64,000 nucleotides of DNA, from contig JAUYHF010000007.1 in the NCBI GenBank assembly GCA_030690165.1, forward strand, positions 131,420 to 195,419, written 5' to 3'. Source of the DNA: Deltaproteobacteria bacterium (lineage in GTDB: Bacteria > Desulfobacterota > GWC2-55-46 > UBA9637). The notes under the pieces were generated by a model that made no database searches, was not told the origin of the DNA, and saw only the letters and a program-made list of their open reading frames with translations. Position numbers and translations under genes: made by a program. Below, piece after piece: positions 57,551-64,000 of this stretch; positions within the stretch are counted from its first letter, which is position 1; every line of letters begins with the position of its first letter.

Positions 57551-59926
57551 ATGAAAAGAAAATTTATCATAGCAGTATTGCTGGCAGTCGCCCCGTTTTT
57601 TGCTGGCATCGGATTTATAGAACTGTTTAGATATACAGCCCGCGTCAATCCTATAAAATCCGGCGACATCGGACGCGCGCAGTATCTGAGCGTATATGAC
57701 AGGAACGGCATTCTCTTGCAGGAGGTAAGGACCAGAGACGGCAAATTTGTGCCTGTAGATGTAAAAGAGGTCTCACGGCATTTTATAAATGCCGTGATTG
57801 CAGCAGAGGATAAAAGATTTTTTAAACACAGCGGCATTGACTGGTTTGCAGTAGGCAGGGCCGCATATCAAAACATACTCTCCGGCAAAACCCGATCAGG
57901 GGCATCAACAATTACCTTGCAATTTGCCAAGATGCAAAATCCCGGTCAGAGAACCTTTGCCAGAAAAATAGGGGAGATGAAGACCGCATACAGGCTTGAA
58001 GCAGGGATGACAAAAGAGGAGATACTTTCCGGTTACATAAGCAGGCTTCCTTTTGGCAATCAACTGTTTGGCGTTGAGGCTGCGTCTTTAAATTATTTCG
58101 GGAAAAGGGCTAATGCCCTAAGCCTTGCCCAGTCTGCATTTCTGGCAGCCATACCCAATGCCCCTTCAGAATTTAATCCCTATAAAAATTACGAGGGTAT
58201 AAAAAAGCGGCAGAGGCTCATCCTTTTCCGTATGAAAGAAGAAGGCTATATCAGCGCAGAGGATGCAAAAATAGCGCAAAGGGAAAGGATATCAGTAAAT
58301 GACATAAGGCCGTTAAACCATGCCCCTCATTTTGTGCAGGCGCTGCTCCCCCGCATAGCTGATGAGAGAAATAAGGTTGTAACGACTCTGGATCTGAATA
58401 TCCAGAATATGGCTGTTCAGCAGGTAAGGGATATTGTCAATGAATTAAAGGACAGACAGGTTACCAATGCCGCTGCAATTGTAATTGATAACAGGAGTGG
58501 AGATATTCTGGCTTATGTGGGTTCAGCAGATTTCTGGGACGAGGCCGGTCTTGGCCAGAATGACGGCGTTACTGCCCTTCGTCAGCCTGGTTCTGCTTTG
58601 AAGCCTTTTATTTACAGCCTTGCCATTGAGCGCGGCATGACCACCGCAACCCTTTTGGAAGACATAGAGGCGCATTATTCAACCCCTATAGGCGACTTTT
58701 CTCCGAAAAATTACAGTCGCCGGTTTCACGGCCCTGTAAGATTAAGAGAGGCCCTTGCCAATTCCCTTAATATCCCGGCAGTAAAGGTGGTTGAAAATAT
58801 TGGCGTGGATAATGTGCTCGCAGGGTTAAAGGAGTTTGGATTTTTATCTTTAAAAAAGGATGCGGGGTATTATGGGGCTGGTATCGTGCTCGGAAACGGC
58901 GATGTGAGCCTATATGAATTAGCAAGGGCGTATACTGCTCTATCCAGAGGCGGCGCAGCAATACCTTTGAAAGAGATTTTAGAGCCGGAAGGCGCGCTGG
59001 GATATGATAATTTTAAGTCCAGGCATGTTTCTCTTCCGCGATATATTTATCTTATTACTGACATTTTAAAAGATCCTTATGCCAGGGCAATGGAATTCGG
59101 TCTGGATTCTGTTATAAAGATGCCGTTTCCTTGCGCTGTCAAGACAGGCACATCCAGAAATTATCGCGATAATTGGAGCATCGGTTATACGACAGACTAT
59201 ACCGTAGGTGTGTGGGTCGGCAATTTTGACGGCGCGGCCATGCAGCAGATTTCAGGCGTTGAAGGCGCAGGCCCGCTTTTCAGAAGAATAATGATGAAGC
59301 TTTACGAAAATAAATGGCCGGAGGAGTTTCTAAAGCCTGATGACCTTGTTGAAGTTGAGATATGCCCTTTGTCAGGAAAGGCAAAAGGCTATGCCTGTCC
59401 TTCCGGCGTAAAGGAGATATTTCTGAAACAGGAAATGGCAATGATTGACCAGACTCCTTGTAATATGCACAGGATTCTTATGGCAGATGCCGGCACAGGC
59501 GAACCTGTTATAGAAGACGGCTTATATCAGAGTAATAATCAGGGGGTTAATAATCTGGAAGAGCGGGTGTTTGAGGATATGCCTCCGGTTTATGAGCCGT
59601 GGCAGAGAGAGGGAAAGAGGCAGTCGGCGCCTCATGAATTGTCTTTATTCAGGAAGGGTGATGAATTTTCCATAATAAGCCCGGCACACGATGCAGCCTA
59701 CAAGCGGCTTACTGATCTTTCGCCGGAATACCAGACAATCCGTTTTGAGGCAGTCGGCGCGCCGCCCAATGTCCCTGTCCGCTGGATTGTCAACGGCAAA
59801 ACCGCAGGCATAACTACCTTGCAGCATGTAATGGACTGGCCGGCAAATAGCGGAGAGTTTAGCCTTTTGGCCGTGCCTGAGGCGAGGAAAGAACTTTCGC
59901 GGGAAGTTAGATTTATGGTGAGATAA
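57551..59926 (+). CDS. pbpC: penicillin-binding protein 1C (transglycosylase/transpeptidase)
   Basis: Glycosyltransferase-51 region (EDKRFFKHSGIDWFAVGRAAYQN), transpeptidase region, C-terminal PBP1C-type domain; start 4 nt after A2M stop. Confidence 0.85.
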   Translation: MKRKFIIAVLLAVAPFFAGIGFIELFRYTARVNPIKSGDIGRAQYLSVYDRNGILLQEVRTRDGKFVPVDVKEVSRHFINAVIAAEDKRFFKHSGIDWFAVGRAAYQNILSGKTRSGASTITLQFAKMQNPGQRTFARKIGEMKTAYRLEAGMTKEEILSGYISRLPFGNQLFGVEAASLNYFGKRANALSLAQSAFLAAIPNAPSEFNPYKNYEGIKKRQRLILFRMKEEGYISAEDAKIAQRERISVNDIRPLNHAPHFVQALLPRIADERNKVVTTLDLNIQNMAVQQVRDIVNELKDRQVTNAAAIVIDNRSGDILAYVGSADFWDEAGLGQNDGVTALRQPGSALKPFIYSLAIERGMTTATLLEDIEAHYSTPIGDFSPKNYSRRFHGPVRLREALANSLNIPAVKVVENIGVDNVLAGLKEFGFLSLKKDAGYYGAGIVLGNGDVSLYELARAYTALSRGGAAIPLKEILEPEGALGYDNFKSRHVSLPRYIYLITDILKDPYARAMEFGLDSVIKMPFPCAVKTGTSRNYRDNWSIGYTTDYTVGVWVGNFDGAAMQQISGVEGAGPLFRRIMMKLYENKWPEEFLKPDDLVEVEICPLSGKAKGYACPSGVKEIFLKQEMAMIDQTPCNMHRILMADAGTGEPVIEDGLYQSNNQGVNNLEERVFEDMPPVYEPWQREGKRQSAPHELSLFRKGDEFSIISPAHDAAYKRLTDLSPEYQTIRFEAVGAPPNVPVRWIVNGKTAGITTLQHVMDWPANSGEFSLLAVPEARKELSREVRFMVR

Positions 59927-59928
59927 TT

Positions 59929-61314
59929 ATGGCTGAAAAAACCATCGCCAGAAGACTGGCAGAATATGCCCACAGTTTACAATTTACTGACCTCCCCGAT
60001 GAAGTTGTCCATGAAGTGAAAAGGAGACTGATAGATTCCATCGGCTGCATCCTCGGCGCATTTAACAGCGAGCCTGCTAAAATTGCAAGGAAGATTGCCG
60101 GGACAGTAAAAGGGGACGCTGCTATTTTTGGCGCAAATATCAAAACAACCCCCGACCTTGCAGCGTTTGCAAATGGCGTTGCTGTCCGCTATCTGGATTA
60201 TAACGATACATATCTTTCAAAAGAGCCTGCTCATCCAAGCGATAATATATCTGCCTGCCTCGCTGTTGCAGAGGCTGAAAATAAAACAGGGAAGGATTTG
60301 ATTACAGCTATTGTCCTTGCCTATGAAGTTCAGTGCAGGCTGTGCGATGCGGCATCTTTAAGGCAAAGAGGATGGGATCATGTTACATACGGAGCGTTTT
60401 CTTCTACCCTTGCAGCAGCCAAACTTATGGGTTTAAGTATTGAGAAAACCGTGCATGCGTTGGGTCTCGCAGGTGTTGCAAATATTGCGCTCAGGCAGAC
60501 AAGGGTAGGTGAGCTTTCCATGTGGAAGGGGTGCGCTTTTGCCAATACAGCGAGAAATGCGGTATTTGCGGCCAATTTAGCAAGGCATGGCATGACAGGG
60601 CCTGCGCCAATATTTGAAGGTGAAAAGGGGTTTACGAAACAGGTTTCAGGGCCTTTTGAACTTAAAGAGCTTGGCAACGGGAAAAGGAGGCCGTTCAAGA
60701 TTCTGGACGCATATATAAAATTCTATCCTGCTGAGTATCACAGCCAGAGCGCCATAGAGGCAGCTATTGAATTACGGAAAGAAATTGCAGGGCAGGGCTT
60801 TAGCCCTGCGGATGACATACAATCTATTGAGATAAGAACCTTTGATGCTGCTTATGAAATCATAGGCTCTGGCCCGGAAAAATGGAATCCAAAAACACGG
60901 GAGACCGCAGACCACAGTCTTCCATATTGTGCGGCTGTTGCCTTGATTGATGGAGGTGTGGGTTTGAATCAGTTTTCGGAAAATCGCATAAAAGACTCAA
61001 AACTGCACAAACTGATTCAGAAGGTGAAGGTAATAAAAGACAAGGGACTGACCAATCAGTATCCTGAAGCAATGCCGAATCTTATCAAAATTACTATGAG
61101 AGACGGCAGACAATTTTCCAATAAAGTTAAATATCCCAAAGGTCATCCAAAAAAACCTATGACAGATGATGAGGTGGAAGAAAAGTTCAGGACATTGGCA
61201 AAAGGCAATATTTCAGGACAAAATATTGATCATTTGCTTGATGTTTTATGGAGAATAGAGGAAATAAAGAATATAAATAAACTCTTTTCAAAGAGGCTAT
61301 GTTTGAGAAGCTAA
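59929..61314 (+). CDS. MmgE/PrpD family protein (2-methylcitrate dehydratase-like)
   Basis: 461 aa; general colinearity with PrpD/MmgE proteins (HPSDNISACLAVAEAE, LAYEVQCRL). Confidence 0.75.
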   Translation: MAEKTIARRLAEYAHSLQFTDLPDEVVHEVKRRLIDSIGCILGAFNSEPAKIARKIAGTVKGDAAIFGANIKTTPDLAAFANGVAVRYLDYNDTYLSKEPAHPSDNISACLAVAEAENKTGKDLITAIVLAYEVQCRLCDAASLRQRGWDHVTYGAFSSTLAAAKLMGLSIEKTVHALGLAGVANIALRQTRVGELSMWKGCAFANTARNAVFAANLARHGMTGPAPIFEGEKGFTKQVSGPFELKELGNGKRRPFKILDAYIKFYPAEYHSQSAIEAAIELRKEIAGQGFSPADDIQSIEIRTFDAAYEIIGSGPEKWNPKTRETADHSLPYCAAVALIDGGVGLNQFSENRIKDSKLHKLIQKVKVIKDKGLTNQYPEAMPNLIKITMRDGRQFSNKVKYPKGHPKKPMTDDEVEEKFRTLAKGNISGQNIDHLLDVLWRIEEIKNINKLFSKRLCLRS

Positions 61315-62354
61315 GATTTTTTATTCCTGGTTTTATTTTCTGATTTCTGTTTTTTGTTTTTTTCTCTCATCCCTTTTTGATAAAATTGCACAGCCATATT
61401 ATGTTCTTTTAAATTTCTGGAGAAATAATGAGAGCCGTCATTTTTTGAAACAAAGTATAGATAGATGTCAGGTGACGGATTGGTGGCTGCTTCAAGGCTT
61501 GTCCTTCCTGGGTTTGCAATGGGTCCGGGGGGCAGCCCGTAAATCTTATAGGTGTTATAAGCCGTTTTGGTTAAAAGGTCTTTTCTTGTAAGGTTTCCGT
61601 TAAAGCCCGTTATCCCATAAATAACAGTTGGGTCGCTCTCAAGCCTCATACCTTTTTTAATCCTGTTATGAAAAACAGCGGAGATGAGGGGTCTTTCTCT
61701 GCCGTCGCCTGTCTCTTTTTCTATAATGGATGCTAATGTAATAATTTGTTTTTTTGACATCTTTAAGCCGGAGGGCTTCTTATGAGCTATTTCAGCATAT
61801 ACCGTATCAAACCTCTGCGCCATCTTCCTTATAATCTCTTCAGATGTCATTCCTCTTGTAAATCTATATGTGTCCGGAAACAGGTAGCCTTCAACATCAC
61901 TGCCGTCTATGCCCAGAGATGCTGCAAATACCCTGTCAAAGGCCTTTTCCAAAAATCCCGATTTCTCCGCAATATTTATATTATCCAGAAGCATTGCAAT
62001 ATCTTTTATATTATAACCCTCTGGTATGGTAACGGCATATTCCTTTACCTGCCCATTCACCATTCTATTCAGCACCTCTGATGGAAGGAGGGATGTTGTA
62101 TATTCGTATTCTCCTGCCTTTATCTTTGTTATTGTTCCTTTGAATTTTGCAAGGTAGTAGAATTTGCCGGCATCTTTTATAATCCCTTCTTTTTCCAGTT
62201 CTCTGGCAACGACGCTGAAACTTGCCCCCTGTGGAATAACGATGGTTTTTACAGTTCCTTCCATAGAGGGGGGTGTGTAAAGAAATGTATATATGTGGAT
62301 TAGAAAAAGGAAAACAGCTGTTGATACAATTAGGATTATTGATTCAATCTTCAT
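61311..62354 (-). CDS. mltG: endolytic murein transglycosylase MltG (YceG family)
   Basis: N-terminal TM anchor, YceG-like domain (EGYLFPDTYRF ... IEKETG ... LESDPTVIYG). Confidence 0.85.
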   Translation of the reverse strand: MKIESIILIVSTAVFLFLIHIYTFLYTPPSMEGTVKTIVIPQGASFSVVARELEKEGIIKDAGKFYYLAKFKGTITKIKAGEYEYTTSLLPSEVLNRMVNGQVKEYAVTIPEGYNIKDIAMLLDNINIAEKSGFLEKAFDRVFAASLGIDGSDVEGYLFPDTYRFTRGMTSEEIIRKMAQRFDTVYAEIAHKKPSGLKMSKKQIITLASIIEKETGDGRERPLISAVFHNRIKKGMRLESDPTVIYGITGFNGNLTRKDLLTKTAYNTYKIYGLPPGPIANPGRTSLEAATNPSPDIYLYFVSKNDGSHYFSRNLKEHNMAVQFYQKGMREKNKKQKSENKTRNKKS

Positions 62355-62423
62355 TTGAAAGTATAGTTATACCCAGCACTTTAAGACTTTTAAAAAGTGC
62401 GGGGTATATAATCTCAATTTTTA

Positions 62424-62681
62424 TTAAGTTGCAGAGGGGCAGCTTGCGCACGGAGACTGCTTATCATCTTTTTTGCCTATTCCGGTATCACAGGGTTTAT
62501 TTACGGCATAATCGGTTTTATGCCAGCCAGAGCCTTTGAGAGCAAATGAGGATTGCGACATGATTTTTTCCACGTTTCCGTCTGAGCAGTATTCGCATTT
62601 TTTGATAGGTTTATCAGAAATCCTTTGCATTATTTCAAAGCGTCTGCCACAGGATTTGCATTGATACTCATATATTGGCAT
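62424..62681 (-). CDS. FmdB-family zinc-ribbon protein
   Basis: MPIYEYQCKSCGRRFE ... CEYCS ... KGSGWHKTDY; 85 aa. Confidence 0.7.
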   Translation of the reverse strand: MPIYEYQCKSCGRRFEIMQRISDKPIKKCEYCSDGNVEKIMSQSSFALKGSGWHKTDYAVNKPCDTGIGKKDDKQSPCASCPSAT

Positions 62682-63193
62682 TTTAAAAACCTCCCGAATA
62701 AGTTTAAAATCACGGCTATATTATACTGATTATATAGTTTATTGTCAAAAACAATAAATAGGTTTGTTAGCAGCAAGTAAACTGTCCTCCTTTGCAGCAC
62801 ATGAATTGTCCTATTTATGGTTTCCTGAAATTCAAGGAGGAGACCATGAAACGGACAGAGATGTTACAGGAGGTCAGGAAGATGGGCATAGAAAATTTGC
62901 TGAATATGACTCGGAAGGTCAATTGAAGGGAAAGGAGACGGAAAAAACGGCTGTACAGAGTCAGAGCCGTCATATCTCATCCAAAACAGGAAAGGCGCTT
63001 CGGGCTACGCCCCCGTGCCTTTCCTGTTGAATCAAAAAGCGGACATTTCTATTTGTTGACAACAGAAATTTCTGTCCAAAAATTTCTTGACAAACTATTA
63101 AAGATGGAGTATATCAAACAAAGATATAGATATTGGGGAAATAATAATCTAAAGAATAAAATGAAGGTAACCTAAATTTAATGGAGGTTTGAG

Positions 63194-64000
63194 ATGTTTA
63201 TTCAATGGGGAAGACGTTTTTTTGCCTTATTTTGGCTGTTGATTAGTGTAATCCTTTTCTCGTCATATGCATATGCTGAGCAGGGTGATAAAGAAGCAGG
63301 AAAGAAAATTTACGAGGTAAGATGCTTGTGGTGTCATGGCGCAACAGGGGAAGGGGATGGTTTTGCTGCCCAATTCACGAATGTGAGGCCGAGGGATTTT
63401 ACAATGGGTGTATTTAAATTTAAGCGGTCTCTTCCTGGTCAAATAGCAGCAGATGAGGATCTCTTTAGAACAATAAGTAATGGTCTTCCAGGTACGCCTA
63501 TGCCTTCATGGAAGTTAGTATTATCAGATAAAGAGATATGGAATGTTATTGAGTATATAAAGTCGTTTACAGATATCTTTGAGTCAGATAAGGCATCCGG
63601 GATGGTAGATTATAAGGGTGAAATCCCTTATTCGGCGGATAGTGTTAATAAAGGCAGGGAGGCTTTTAAAAAGGCAAAGTGTTATGAGTGTCATGGTGAA
63701 AATGGGAGAGGGAATGGTATGAAGAAATTGAGAGATGACTGGGATAATAGGGAATGGCCCAGAAATCTGGCAAAGCCATGGACATTCAGGGGTGGGAATG
63801 ATATAAAGGATATTTTTACCAGGGTGACAGTAGGTATCCCCGGGACACAAATGCCGTCCTTTGCGAATGAAAAGGGGTTGACAGAAAAGGAACGTTGGGA
63901 TGTTGCCAATTATGTGAGGTCGCTTGTAGATGAGACAAAGAGGCCTGTATCACCACAGACTGTTTTGAGGGCAAAATATATAAAGGCAATGTTGCCTAAT
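63194..64000 (+). CDS. dihaem c-type cytochrome, 3' end beyond window
   Basis: Signal peptide then two CxxCH haem-binding sites (CLWCHG, CYECHG); frame open to the end of the window; absent from the ORF track because no stop is reached. Confidence 0.7.
   Translation, partial: MFIQWGRRFFALFWLLISVILFSSYAYAEQGDKEAGKKIYEVRCLWCHGATGEGDGFAAQFTNVRPRDFTMGVFKFKRSLPGQIAADEDLFRTISNGLPGTPMPSWKLVLSDKEIWNVIEYIKSFTDIFESDKASGMVDYKGEIPYSADSVNKGREAFKKAKCYECHGENGRGNGMKKLRDDWDNREWPRNLAKPWTFRGGNDIKDIFTRVTVGIPGTQMPSFANEKGLTEKERWDVANYVRSLVDETKRPVSPQTVLRAKYIKAMLPN

Noticed and set aside
62764-63030. 88-aa ORF in the spacer before the cytochrome c gene
   Set aside because: No RBS and it runs through the hairpin region; the short ORF at 62846 with a strong RBS is the more credible reading of this region.

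Overview
Contiguous chromosomal segment, moderate GC, almost all genes on the + strand, probably from an anaerobic Gram-negative bacterium (organism not identifiable from sequence alone). Core content: two type IV pilus loci (pilD, a PilS/PilR-like sigma-54 two-component pair and a minor-pilin operon fimT-like/pilV/pilW/pilX/pilY1; then pilMNOPQ followed by aroC-aroK-aroB), argJ, accB-accC, a selenocysteine locus (selB plus a selD with an in-frame UGA that the ORF track truncates), fixC/fixX, thiolase plus 3-hydroxybutyryl-CoA dehydrogenase, alpha-2-macroglobulin plus pbpC, a PrpD-family gene, mltG and slt. Accessory content is the most interesting part: several small HEPN, Avd-like four-helix-bundle and toxin-antitoxin cassettes sit between or inside housekeeping operons, each bounded by inverted or direct repeats; two toxins are inactivated. 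A pervasive family of 7-8 bp tandem repeat arrays forms intergenic hairpins and also occurs in-frame inside essential genes (aroC, argJ, aroB, the pilR-like regulator, pilP). The best candidates for an undescribed system are the repeat-bounded single-gene cassettes (6091-6699 and 12662-13159) and the cassette islet that splits fixC from fixX (45849-48664). No rRNA, tRNA, CRISPR array, transposase, integrase or reverse transcriptase was recognised. All calls are from reading the sequence and translations; no database search was run.
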